Assembly: GCA_043228905.1 (NCBI GenBank)
Contig: JBHGNT010000021.1
Coordinates: 3,410,001 to 3,474,000 of the forward strand
DNA: 64,000 nt
DNA from: Azolla caroliniana
Lineage: Eukaryota > Plantae > Polypodiophyta
Reading direction: 5' to 3'
In this document: positions 1 to 10,500 of the stretch, in pieces
How positions within the stretch are numbered: the first letter of the stretch is position 1
Layout of the letters: the number at the start of each line of letters is the position of its first letter
Program-made: the position numbers and the translations under genes
The notes under the pieces: generated by a model
What the model saw: the letters and a program-made list of their open reading frames with translations, nothing else
The model's database searches: none
What the model was told of the DNA's origin: nothing

Positions 1-42
1 TAAATTCTTACCACGGGATATTATATGGTCATGCCCGTAACA
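1..42 (-). repeat. 3' LTR of the gypsy element (partial)
   Basis: Exact match to 6565-6606; begins with TG on the - strand directly after the PPT. Confidence 0.93.
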
Positions 43-3000
43 TACTCCCCCTCTTTAAAACATTGCACTCTTGCAATGGAAAGTTAGGGAAGTTAGTTCT
101 AAGAGTATTTTCGCGTTCCCATGTGGCATCTTTTATTGATTTATCCATCCATTTTATTTTGAATTCTCGGATTTCTTTAGTACGTAATTTTTTTGTTTTA
201 ACATCGAGAATTCTTTCTGGTACATGTGGTTTAGAAGATAATTCTTCAGAAGTAACCAGAGTTTCAGTCGTAACTGTATTGTCGCCAGAACCTAGAAGTT
301 CTTTTAGACGACTCACATGAAAGACTGGATGAATTCCGACACCATCAGGAAGAGCAAGACGATAGGCTGATGACCCAATGCGTTTGAGGACTGTAAAAGG
401 TCCACAAAACCGTGGGGCTAACTTAGCGCACTTACCCGTAGACAATGTCTTAGAATTGTGAGGTACACGTAAAAATACCTTCTGTCCAGGGTTGAATACA
501 CGAGGTTGCCTATGATGATCGGCATAAAAACGCGCTCTATCTTGAGCTGTTTTTATATTATCTCGTGCAATATGCAACATATCTTGCATATCCCGAAGAA
601 AGTTTTGCGTACTTCGCAACTCATCATGATGTATATTAACATCAATCGGGGCTCGTGGCTGAAAACCATACATCAACATAAAAGGACTATATCCCGTCGA
701 CGTATGCTTGGAGCTGTTATAAGCAAACTCCAAAATTGGGAGATAACGTTCCCATTTTGTTGGTTTTGCACCAACGTATGCTCGAAGCATGTCCTCAATA
801 ATTTGATTTACTCGTTCTGTCTGTCCATCGGATTGAGGATGATCCGTGGAGCTCATGCTCAACGTAGTTTCTAACTTCTTAAAGACTTGTGTCCAGAAGT
901 CACTAGTAAACTTTGGATCTCGATCACTCACGATATCCATCGGTAACCCATAAAAACGAAACAATTCGTCAACGAATTGGTAAGCCAATTCAGGAGCTGT
1001 TACCGTGGTTTTAGTAGCAATAAATCTGGCCATTTTAGTTAGTCGATCAACGACAACCCAGATGGCATCATGACCTTTTTGGGTGCGAGGAAGGCTAACA
1101 ATAAAATCCATGGATATACTTTCCCACTTATTATTGGGAATGTCCAGGGGATGTAAAAGTCCTGCGACTTTAAGTCGCTCGGCTTTGTTAACCTGACACT
1201 GGTGACATTTAGTCACATAGCTATGTATGTCAGGACGCATCTTAGGCCAATAAAATTGAGTGGAGATGAGAACGAGTGTACGATGTATTCCAGGGTGCCC
1301 TGCTGAGGGTACATCATGGCATTCAAAAAGAATCCTCTTTTTGACCTCGGGTAAATCTGGAACACAAACCTTCCCATTACGGTAGAGCAAACCGTTAGCA
1401 ATGTGGAAGTATTCCTTCGAGGATGTGGTGGTGTCTGTTCCAGACTCAACTCTTGCCCAGTATTTTGCGAAATAACTGTCATCAGGATACTTTCCTCGAA
1501 GGTGATCATAAAGATCTGATGATATTTCAGTGAAGCTAAGCGTGTTAACTTCACGGATGCGACTTAGTGCATCAGCGACAGTGTTCATGGAACCTTTACG
1601 ATATCGTATGGAAAAATCAAAGTCCTGGATGAGATCAGCCCATCGTGCCTTACGACCTTTCAGGTCTTGTTGGTCACAAAAATATTTCAAGGACTCGTGG
1701 TCCGTAGTTACCACAAAGTGATTTCCATAAAGATAATGGCGCCATGTTTTGAGCGCATGTATAACTGCAAATAATTCCTTTTCTTGAACTGTATACCGAC
1801 ATTGAGCAGAATCAAGTTTCTTACTCTCGAATGCTATTGGTTTACCATCTTGATACAAGACAGCACCTATAGCATAATCGCTTGCATCGGTTTCAACCTC
1901 AAAAGGTTTTGAAGGATCAGGTAAAAGAAGTGAAGGAGCCTTGCAAACTAGGTCCTTGAGTTCCTTAAATGCAAGGTCTAGTGTAGCATTCCACACAATA
2001 GGTTTTATAGACTTACGCGTTTGACCTTTTAAAAGATCAGTAAACGGCGTCGTCAATTGGGAGTAATTACGAAGAGACTTTCGCAAAAACCCCACAAAAC
2101 CAAGGAATGATCGAACTTCTCGAATATTCCGAAGAGTGGGCCAAAGCTTGATTTTCTCAATGCGAGAAGGATCAATTTCAACTCCTCGTTCGGTTATGAG
2201 ATGTCCTAGATAAGTAATTGATTTCTTGAAGAACTCACATTTTGAGATCTTCGCATAAAACTGTTTGTCACGCAATGTTTGTAAAACAAAGCGGACATGT
2301 CTAGCATGTTCTTGTAATGTACGGCTATAAACTAAAATATCATCCAAGAAAATAACGACAAATTTTCCAAGTTGTTCTCGGAAAATGTCATTCATTTCTT
2401 GTTGAAAAGTAGCCGGAGCATTGGTCAAACCAAAAGGCATAACCAAAAACTCATAATGGCCATAGCGCGTACGAAATGCCGTTTTAGGAACATCGTCCTC
2501 ACTTATTCTTATTTGATGGTAGCCAGTACGGAGATCAAGTTTCGTAAAATACCGAGCTCCCTGGAGACGGTCAATTAGATCGTCAGCCCGGGGCAATGGA
2601 TACGAATTCTTGATCGTCACTTTATTCAAGCGTCGGTAATTAATACACATACGCCATGTGCCCTCTTTCTTTTTAACCAAGAGAACTGGTGCACCCCATG
2701 GAGATTTACTATAACGTATATAACCCATTCGTAAATAGTCCTTGAGTTGCTTAGATACCTCATCTTCTTCGGATCGACTTAAGCGATACGGAGGTATACT
2801 TATTGGTGCAACCCCAGGTACAATATCTATACGATGGTCTATATTACGTTTAGGAGGTAACCCATCAGGTAGTTCACTTGGAAAAACATCATGAAAATCA
2901 TTTAAGATTTCATCAAGTTGTTGTTGTTCAAAATATGTTAATTGAATCGGGACATTATCGATATTGTAAACGTGAATGTCCGGATCAAGTACACAATAAA

Positions 3001-3454
3001 ATAACGTAGAACAAGACAACTCGGATATTGATGGACACGAGGAAACAATCGAGAGGGATTGTTTTTTTACACATTGAATAAAATGCGTACAATCGTTCAG
3101 TACAAAAGAAATGGAATGACGAACCCAATCAATAAATAAAGAAGAGTTTTTATTATAAAACCAGGGATAACCCAGTATTACATCGGTGGTACAAAGATTC
3201 ATTACATGGAAGTCTACTTCCTCTATATAAGTATCAATAGAAATTCCTAATGAATGAATCGCCCCGTTGATGTATTGTACTCTTCCATCAGCCAAGTGCA
3301 CCGTGTAGGTGTGATCACTTACGGTGGGTTGGATTCCCCATATCTGAACCAAACGATCATTCACAAAATTGTGTGAGCTTCCCGAATCAAATAAAAATTG
3401 TACGGGAGATCCATTGATATACCCGTTTGCACGTAGTAAATCATTGGGACCCAA
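29..3454 (-). CDS. pol: Gypsy Pol polyprotein: aspartic protease, RT, RNase H, integrase, chromodomain
   Basis: Protease [10 protein letters not shown]; [21 protein letters not shown] and [10 protein letters not shown]; RNase [14 protein letters not shown]; integrase H-H-CHQC, MDF, SDRD, GQTE and the GPY/F motif RFCGPF; C-terminal chromodomain PERILD..FKIKW..DATWE. The frame stays open upstream to 3697. Confidence 0.95.
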   Translation of the reverse strand: MGPNDLLRANGYINGSPVQFLFDSGSSHNFVNDRLVQIWGIQPTVSDHTYTVHLADGRVQYINGAIHSLGISIDTYIEEVDFHVMNLCTTDVILGYPWFYNKNSSLFIDWVRHSISFVLNDCTHFIQCVKKQSLSIVSSCPSISELSCSTLFYCVLDPDIHVYNIDNVPIQLTYFEQQQLDEILNDFHDVFPSELPDGLPPKRNIDHRIDIVPGVAPISIPPYRLSRSEEDEVSKQLKDYLRMGYIRYSKSPWGAPVLLVKKKEGTWRMCINYRRLNKVTIKNSYPLPRADDLIDRLQGARYFTKLDLRTGYHQIRISEDDVPKTAFRTRYGHYEFLVMPFGLTNAPATFQQEMNDIFREQLGKFVVIFLDDILVYSRTLQEHARHVRFVLQTLRDKQFYAKISKCEFFKKSITYLGHLITERGVEIDPSRIEKIKLWPTLRNIREVRSFLGFVGFLRKSLRNYSQLTTPFTDLLKGQTRKSIKPIVWNATLDLAFKELKDLVCKAPSLLLPDPSKPFEVETDASDYAIGAVLYQDGKPIAFESKKLDSAQCRYTVQEKELFAVIHALKTWRHYLYGNHFVVTTDHESLKYFCDQQDLKGRKARWADLIQDFDFSIRYRKGSMNTVADALSRIREVNTLSFTEISSDLYDHLRGKYPDDSYFAKYWARVESGTDTTTSSKEYFHIANGLLYRNGKVCVPDLPEVKKRILFECHDVPSAGHPGIHRTLVLISTQFYWPKMRPDIHSYVTKCHQCQVNKAERLKVAGLLHPLDIPNNKWESISMDFIVSLPRTQKGHDAIWVVVDRLTKMARFIATKTTVTAPELAYQFVDELFRFYGLPMDIVSDRDPKFTSDFWTQVFKKLETTLSMSSTDHPQSDGQTERVNQIIEDMLRAYVGAKPTKWERYLPILEFAYNSSKHTSTGYSPFMLMYGFQPRAPIDVNIHHDELRSTQNFLRDMQDMLHIARDNIKTAQDRARFYADHHRQPRVFNPGQKVFLRVPHNSKTLSTGKCAKLAPRFCGPFTVLKRIGSSAYRLALPDGVGIHPVFHVSRLKELLGSGDNTVTTETLVTSEELSSKPHVPERILDVKTKKLRTKEIREFKIKWMDKSIKDATWERENTLRTNFPNFPLQECNVLKRGSMLRA
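43..56 (-). other. Polypurine tract of the gypsy element
   Basis: - strand AAAGAGGGGGAGTA immediately before the TGTTACG LTR start. Confidence 0.9.
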
Positions 3455-3697
3455 TACATAGTGAGGGAAAGAACATTGACAATTACTTAAATGATGTGTA
3501 TAGACCTGAAGGACATTAGGAATCTGACCTTTATGGTCTGCAGCTTTAGCTTTGTTGTCGTGCTCTTTCCGTTGGAGCTTTCGACATTGATCTTTTGTAT
3601 GACCCTTCTTTTTGCAGAATACACAAAAAGGATGTTGTCGCTTACAATCGCGATCCAGGAATTCGTTGGGTGTCTTGCGTTTCCCAACAAATTGCGA

Positions 3698-4462
3698 CTA
3701 CTTAGTCCCGGGCGCTTCGTTGGGTTTGTTATGGTCCTTCTTCGAAGTGCGTTGATAGCGAAGAACTATTTCAACGGCCTCTTCGAAGGATTTTGGATCC
3801 TTATCGTGCACTATCCAGTGATAGTCCGAATTGGGGATGCCATTGACAAAACAAGCTATCAACCAATTGTCCCCTTCTAGACCCGATTTTTGGATTTGGG
3901 TTCTAGCATGGTGAACATAGTCTTCTAGCGAGGAAAATTTCCTGCTAGAGAGGTTCATTAAAGCTTGTGCTGCCTCGGTTCGAGAGGGAGGTTGCAGAAA
4001 TTGGCCCTTAAAAACTGTGACAAAATCTGTCCAGGTATCGGGCAATTTCCCCATAGTACGGAGGCCACGCCACCAGGCGGCGGCCTTACCCCCGAGTTCT
4101 CGACCGACATATGCAATCTTCGTACTATCTGGCGTGGGATAGAGCTCAAAATGAGACTCCCATCGTCCCAGCCATGTGCAGATTGCTTCTTCGGTTCTTT
4201 CCTTTTTGTCTCCCGTAAATGGCTTAACGACAAATGATGGTTCACCTTGTCGCTCATCAGGTCTATTAGTCTCACGTTGTAGACTAATGACACGTGCCTC
4301 AAGAGCACTCTGAGATTGCCGAAGTTCGGTCATCTGTTGAGCGGTGAAACTAAGGTATTGGGTTATTTGTGCCAAATACATCTCAGTGGACATTTGTCCA
4401 GGAGGATTCCCTTGAGTTCCTTCCGCTTGAGCGGATGACATCGGGTCGTTAATTTGAGCCAT
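3698..4462 (-). CDS. gag: Gypsy Gag (capsid part); ends at an in-frame TAG just upstream of the zinc knuckle
   Basis: Retrotransposon Gag-like LGGKAAAWW..TWTDFVTVFKGQF. Reading past the TAG gives [14 protein letters not shown] (CCHC) in frame with pol (243 nt = 81 codons). Confidence 0.9.
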   Translation of the reverse strand: MAQINDPMSSAQAEGTQGNPPGQMSTEMYLAQITQYLSFTAQQMTELRQSQSALEARVISLQRETNRPDERQGEPSFVVKPFTGDKKERTEEAICTWLGRWESHFELYPTPDSTKIAYVGRELGGKAAAWWRGLRTMGKLPDTWTDFVTVFKGQFLQPPSRTEAAQALMNLSSRKFSSLEDYVHHARTQIQKSGLEGDNWLIACFVNGIPNSDYHWIVHDKDPKSFEEAVEIVLRYQRTSKKDHNKPNEAPGTK

Positions 4463-5642
4463 TAAAGATTATTTCTGGAAAAGAAATAGGATAAGGTCAG
4501 AGATATATTCATAACATCATGTCGTGATGTAAACATATCATGGGCGAGCATTAATCGATATCATTATCTCACGTCAATACCCCTCTAGACGTATGAGATG
4601 AGGTTCAAGATCAGGTTACTATGGTAACACAAAGGTGTTTTAAAAACCATGGGGGTGACAAATAAATGTCTTTCCCTGATCTCTATATCGATTGTTTCAT
4701 GGTGGCTCCCCGAGGCTCAACCATGTATGTTCGCGTCATGAATAGTTTATACACGAAAAAAAATGTTAACAATAAACTATGTTTCGGTGCCCACATAAGT
4801 GGTTTCGGCTCTTTAAGTCCTATTACGAGGACCCCGAGGTGCACTTAGACCTTAAGTCTAAACATGTGTTATAGTCATATGTATCAAGGATGTTGTATGG
4901 TCTTGGTCATATTTGAACTCGAGACCTCGAGAACCAATACATTAAACACTTGAGCCAACCAAGTAAGTTGCTCTTCTCGAATGCTTAATGTTTGATGCGT
5001 ATAAGAGATATGCGAGGCAATTGATCATATATGTTTTTTTAAAAGAACATATATGTCAAGGGTCGTTATTTCGCCCTCATTTACCAAAACTATGTTGGTA
5101 CGTTACCTAACCTCAAGTCTCGTAATTACGATGGCATACGCCAAAGTGCAACCTAATGGTGAAGCCAAATGAGCCCTTGTTTCGTAGTAGGCTCACGTGG
5201 GCCATCACATGGTCACGTCATTACGAATGCCTCTCGTAAGAACGAGCTCATGGTGGCATCGTATCCATGTAATGAGGGTGGGATGTTGGATACGTGCGTC
5301 ATTGGAGCGACCTCACTTGAAGTGGGTCAAGCCCTACGTACTCAACATCATTTTGGCTATTCGCGTTTCTTTACGTAACGAAATCGAGGTCGTCAATGGG
5401 GTTATCAACAATAAAAAAATGTTGAAAAAGGGATGGTGACAACGCCATTCTCACAAAAATGTGAGGACGGCCACCAACATCCTTTTCCCGATCATGACAA
5501 CTTTCGATATAATCACGTAATAACGAATATAGACATATGTTTACTTATCACATATATACGATCAAATACGTATATATGTGACCACATATGCCTATATTCA
5601 ACATATCGTTATAGTAAATAGCCACAAATGATGTGATCGAGA

Positions 5643-5905
5643 TACGTAATCGAGGTATATACCTCTACGCACACGAAACATCAACAAATAAGAGATCATC
5701 GTAATACGCAATGGAGGTATTGACCTCTTACGCATACGAGACCAAACGCATATCGTTTACAACAAATCAAGGTATTAAACTCATACGCAAACGTAACATA
5801 TGTTCGTGAACGTAATACGTAATTGAGGTATTAACCTCGTACGCATACGACACTCATCACATATTATTAATATGTCAAACGAGGTATTGACCTCGTGCAC
5901 ATATG
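5643..5905. repeat. Five degenerate ~56-62 bp units with a palindromic core GAGGT-N4-ACCTC in the gypsy 5' leader
   Basis: Cores start at 5652, 5714, 5769, 5825 and 5881, each followed by TACGCA-like sequence. Confidence 0.8.
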
Positions 5906-6139
5906 TAAACGTTTTAGATAATCAATTAAAGACCACTACAACATCATTGATTTAATGAAAAAAATTACATATAAACTAAACACATGATTAGATGGGAGAA
6001 GAGAGAATAGAAAGAAAAATTCTAGAAAGAGTTACCGAAGTTCTTTGTTGATCGTTGTCTGGATCAAGGCCAACCGCACAACGATCGATCAGCATCAATC
6101 AAAAGACAAATGAAAAACAAAGAAACATTAGTACAAAAA

Positions 6140-6149
6140 TCTGATACCA
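6140..6149 (-). other. Primer-binding site (tRNA-iMet type) of the gypsy element
   Basis: - strand TGGTATCAGA, 2 nt after the inferred 5' LTR end; 10-nt match to the iMet PBS TGGTATCAGAGC. Confidence 0.8.
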
Positions 6150-6151
6150 AA

Positions 6152-6606
6152 TATTATAGATCTAGATACTAATGTAAGCTTAAGATAAGGATAATGAAAG
6201 ATAGATAGAAAGGAGAAAGAGAAAGAAGGGTGCCGATCCACCCGACCACCCCCGAGCGAAGGGATCGAGACGGACTCGAGCCTCGATCGGCGTCCCATAC
6301 CACCGCCGTGGCGTCGAGTCGTACCTGGTGCTGGCGCGCTCGCTACAAGAGTTGACCCACCACACGAGCAGAGTCTCGATGTAGTAAAAAAGATCATCAA
6401 ATGAGGGTAGCTAGGCCTCTTATTTATAGCGAAACCCAAGGCCCCCAGGCAAGTTCACACTTGACCTAATGGGTTGTCTCAATCCCGAGGATTAAAAGTA
6501 ATCCTCCCCTTCTTTACACTCTCATTTAACCCTCACACTTATCCACGTGTATAGATTACTACGGTAAATTCTTACCACGGGATATTATATGGTCATGCCC
6601 GTAACA
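6152..6606 (-). repeat. 5' LTR of the gypsy element (~455 bp)
   Basis: Starts with TG at 6606 and carries a TATA-like CTATAAATA on the - strand near 6421-6429. It ends ...TAATA rather than CA before the PBS, so the inner end is inferred. Confidence 0.8.
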
Positions 6607-7949
6607 TAGTGCCTCTAATGATCTATTCTTGATGATCACATACTTCATAACATCACTTGGGAGCTACAAAGATTTTTCACTCCCCATCTATTAAACCATT
6701 TCATAATGTCAATCACACATCCAAATGGAGAATCTACCTAGGCTATTTCCTTCTCTTTCTTCTTCTTCTAGTCTTTACCCTTGTGTGATGGTGCTGATGG
6801 CGTAATCACCTCTTGCTTCTTCTTTGCCACTACTCTATAGAGGAATCAACAACAACCCACCAACATACAATTCATGTTTATCATTTAAAAGAGAGTGAAT
6901 CTTAAAGGAATAGAGAGTCATGAAAATGAAAAGAGAAAAAACAACAATTCAAAAATATTACGAAAAACATGCAAGCATGTGGCTACAATATGTGTGTAGA
7001 TAAAAAATGGGCAAAAGATGGGTGTATCAAATATTAGAGGAAACCCACAGAACCACCAAATGCATCCTCGGACCTCCTCCATGGACCATGATTGACCCAA
7101 AATTGAGGAATTCACCGAAGTGTTCTTGTCAAAACTCTCAATGACTACTTGAATAACCCGTGCTAACACATATGCCCATACTGATGATGTTCCCTTCAAG
7201 AAGAGAATGACCCTATCAATATAGAATATTATGCTCACAATGTATATGGACACGACTTAAAGTGCATAACACTTATTCTTCTCCAACCTTCCAATATATA
7301 ATGCCCACATTGTCACATCAACAAACATCCATGACACACCCTACATGCTTGTCATGTGCAATGATCGTATGCACAAACTATATGTGTCTGCACACATTAC
7401 ATACAAAGTGCATCAAAACTCTTAAAACAAAATGTTACAAGCAAATCACAATGTGATGCACTTGCCCTTGTTTTTACAACACATGAGACATAATATTTTC
7501 ACAAAAATCCAAATATTTGTACACAAAAAGGTGATGTATGTTTTAATGGATTTCAAAATCTTAAACCTTCCAATATATTCAAGACTAAAAATAAATTTAT
7601 ATACTTTTCCATTCTTGTCAAACAAGTCCTTCGATTTTAGGCTTTACAAATAGCATTTACTCTTAACTTCCAGAGCAATAGGCAACCCCATACCTCTTAT
7701 AGAGACAATGCTAACAATGGTGTATGTGGCTTAACACATTGTCCTTGAGAGCTACTTGATAACCAACACATATGCATTTATGAAGCATCAAAACATGCAA
7801 TAATACATTTCAAAATTTATGGATGTGTATGGTGTATCCTTGAATGAGATACTAAATAGATGCCATTGAGATAAGCGATTAAGGTTCTCTTGAGAAGTTA
7901 GCATCAACTTTAGAAGATACTCATGTCTCATTGACATTTGACGGTGACA

Positions 7950-8530
7950 ATTGAAATGCATATACATATATAATTATATTTATATGTATATGTGCAACAT
8001 CATACTTAAAATATTGTAAAGAACAAAAATTCCAATCATTATTTAGGGAATTGCATGGACACAATAATTGTTCGATGACAGTAGCCGACTTTTCAATTTT
8101 TTGAGGAATGTGTGTTTCAAATGGCAAGCAAAATTAACAATGTGTCTCATTATTGCCTTCTAAAAATCGGCTTATTATTTCACTCTAATTGTTCCTTAGG
8201 CTCCTAGTGGAGATTTTTGTTTTCGTTGTTCCGTCACCAGTTATTGAATGACATATAATGTTGACACAAAATTACATGATAATATGAATCTAATGATGTT
8301 GAAGTTGCAAGGATATATGTATGATGTATCTATATCTTTGTAAATTTCATATACATAAAAAAATGTTGAATTTGTAAATGCGAGTTCCAACTCAAGCTTG
8401 ATTTTATAATAGATATGTTGAGTAGTCTTATCAATCCATCATGCATGGGGTTGGAGTTGGTGACAAATCTTATGAAATGTGTACGTAACATGGTGTAGGA
8501 GTGCAAGCGGTTCAACAAATACTCCACTAT
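7950..8530 (-). pseudogene. Possible highly degenerate DNA-transposase remnant
   Basis: Broken - strand peptides QPHA*WIDKTTQHIY, YYHVILCQHY and EQLLCPC resemble from memory Cys/His-rich N-terminal parts of Sola-like transposases. No continuous ORF. Confidence 0.25.
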
Positions 8531-9106
8531 TGTAAAACTTAACGAGTTGTTCCATGATTAAATTACACCATTGATGGGAATCATGCAATCAATACTTCAA
8601 CTCAATTTTAGAGGGATTATGATACCCTCTAATGGCTACCACCTCTCATCATTCACCTTTGAAAATATACTCCATGATCTATTTTTTTAAAATTGGCAAA
8701 ACATTGCTCCTGAAATGGGCAATAATCAACCCATATACTCTAATTTCTAAGATGACTATGTTTTATATAAATTACATGGTCAAGTTCTTAAGACTTACCA
8801 GTGGATTGATTTCTTGTAGGTTGTAATAGTGTTTTTGCAAGTGCATTGATACATGGATTTGGTATTAAGAGTTTGAAAATGATTCGAAGGGTCTTGTGAA
8901 GTTTGTCTTGTGCTTTAACCAAGTTACTTATGCTTGCTCAAAAGCACCAAGAGTGAAGAAACACATGAAGGAAGAGAATATCAACTATATAGGAAAGCCC
9001 AAAGGAGCATAATGATTGCTCATGCCATGAGTCATATGCTCTCCTTCTTTGCTTCCTAGGAGGTGAGGACTTGGTTGATACCTGTTTTAGCATGAGAACT
9101 AGGGTT

Positions 9107-9165
9107 TATATGTGGCGACTAATTCTACATGAGCAGTATATGTGGCGACTAATTCTACATGAGCA
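9107..9165. repeat. 30-bp period direct tandem duplication
   Basis: TATATGTGGCGACTAATTCTACATGAGCA occurs twice, one base apart. Confidence 0.9.
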
Positions 9166-9723
9166 CCATGAAAGTTAGCTTAGATTAATCTACGAATGTC
9201 AATATATTAAATAAATTTATTAAAATACGCTCGTCACCAAAAAAACGTCGAATTTTAGGGAGAGTAATACAACGCCGGTGTTACCGTGTGGATTGAATGC
9301 TTCGGAAAGGTTTTGATTTCCTTTGATGGGAAGGTAGATGTTAATAGGGAGGGAGTCATTGAATATCCTAAAGCTTTGATTGTTTTAAATGGTTCAATTG
9401 TGTTCATTCGTAGTGTATGGATTCATGGTTTTTTCATCGACAATCTAGATCAATGTAGCATGGTAGGTGCATTACAGTGTCTCGGAGCCCATAATGGGTT
9501 GTCAAAGGATGATTTTACTAGCCTCAAAACTCTTCTATTCTCTGCCAAGAGCTAAACGACCTGAGGTTAAGTCAGGGAAACATAATCTGGCAGAAGCCAC
9601 GTATGTTTTTGTTCATTCTCGGGATTTGATATGCATGTGGCAGACACTGTATGGTTTCGTTCGGGGTGAAGCTCATTTTGGTAGTGGTCGAGTAAGGTAC
9701 CACCACAAACGCACATACAAAGA

Positions 9724-10163
9724 AGAACACAAGGCCCATGCGTATGTATACACCTCTGGAATGGGAAGCTTTCAACAGTTTTTTCTTGGCAAAAAGACAC
9801 AAGAGACCACACACCCATGTATGTGTGGACATGCATGTATGTCTCCACACGAAACCCACCGTTGCTTTAAATTGTGTTGCGACCACCACACACGATTTGC
9901 CACATGGACGACAAAAGCAGTTTCTGAAGGTCACACACATACAGAGAAGAACATAGGCCCGGGTGCATGTATACACTACACCCTTGGAATGGGAAGCTTT
10001 GTACAGTTATTTTTTCCGGCGAAAAGACACAGGAGACCACACCCCATGTACACGAATGTTCGTGTCTTGCCTCCACATGAACCCACCCTTGCTTTAAATT
10101 GGGCTGCCACCACTCACGATCTGCCACGTGGACGACAAAAGCAGATTCTCAAGGCCACGTGGC
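9724..10163 (+). promoter_or_regulatory. ~228-bp tandem duplication in the kinase upstream region; the proximal copy carries two G-boxes
   Basis: GAATGGGAAGCTTT at 9759 and 9987; TTGCTTTAAATTG and TGGACGACAAAAGCAG also repeated. CACGTG at 10125-10130 and palindromic GCCACGTGGC at 10154-10163. Confidence 0.7.
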
Positions 10164-10270
10164 GAAGGAAAAGAGGAAAAACGTTTCTTAAAAGTTTTTT
10201 CAATTTGTTTTTATAAATTTTAAAATTGTTTTTGCTTTTTTTAAAAAATAGTCGAGAAGGAAAAATTATG

Positions 10271-10382
10271 AAGAAAGAAGAAGAAGAAGAAGAAGAAGAC
10301 GAAGAAGAAGAAGAAGAAGACATTGTGTTTACTGCGAGAGACGGACTGAAGTTCTTCTTCTTCTTCTTCTTCTTCTTCTTCT
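10271..10382. repeat. (GAA)n tract followed by an inverted (TTC)n tract upstream of the kinase ATG
   Basis: GAA repeats at 10271-10320 and TTC repeats at 10352-10380. Confidence 0.9.
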
Positions 10383-10500
10383 CTTGAAGATCACCCTGAA
10401 CATTGTTTCTGCAGAGAGATTCTTCATGTAAGATTTTATTTCTCTCTGTCTCTCTCTGTATATACACACACACACACACACATACATATATGTTATGCAT

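Larger units (their letters stand above)
1..6606 (-). mobile_element. Ty3/gypsy chromovirus LTR retrotransposon, near-intact; 3' LTR truncated by the window start
   Basis: Bases 1-42 are identical to 6565-6606, the LTR start TGTTACGGGCATGACC on the - strand. PPT next to the 3' LTR, PBS next to the 5' LTR, and domain order gag-PR-RT-RH-INT-chromodomain. Confidence 0.96.

Noticed and set aside
5169-5621. Short antisense ORFs in the gypsy leader as an extra gene
   Set aside because: They are 60-80 codons long with no motifs and cannot be distinguished from chance.
5643-5905. CRISPR array interpretation of the palindromic repeats
   Set aside because: The repeats are degenerate, show a dimeric higher-order period, lie inside a plant retrotransposon leader, and no cas genes are present.
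9467-10216. 249-aa ORF upstream of the kinase
   Set aside because: It spans the 228-bp tandem duplication, has no recognisable domain and starts at GTG; probably a chance ORF.
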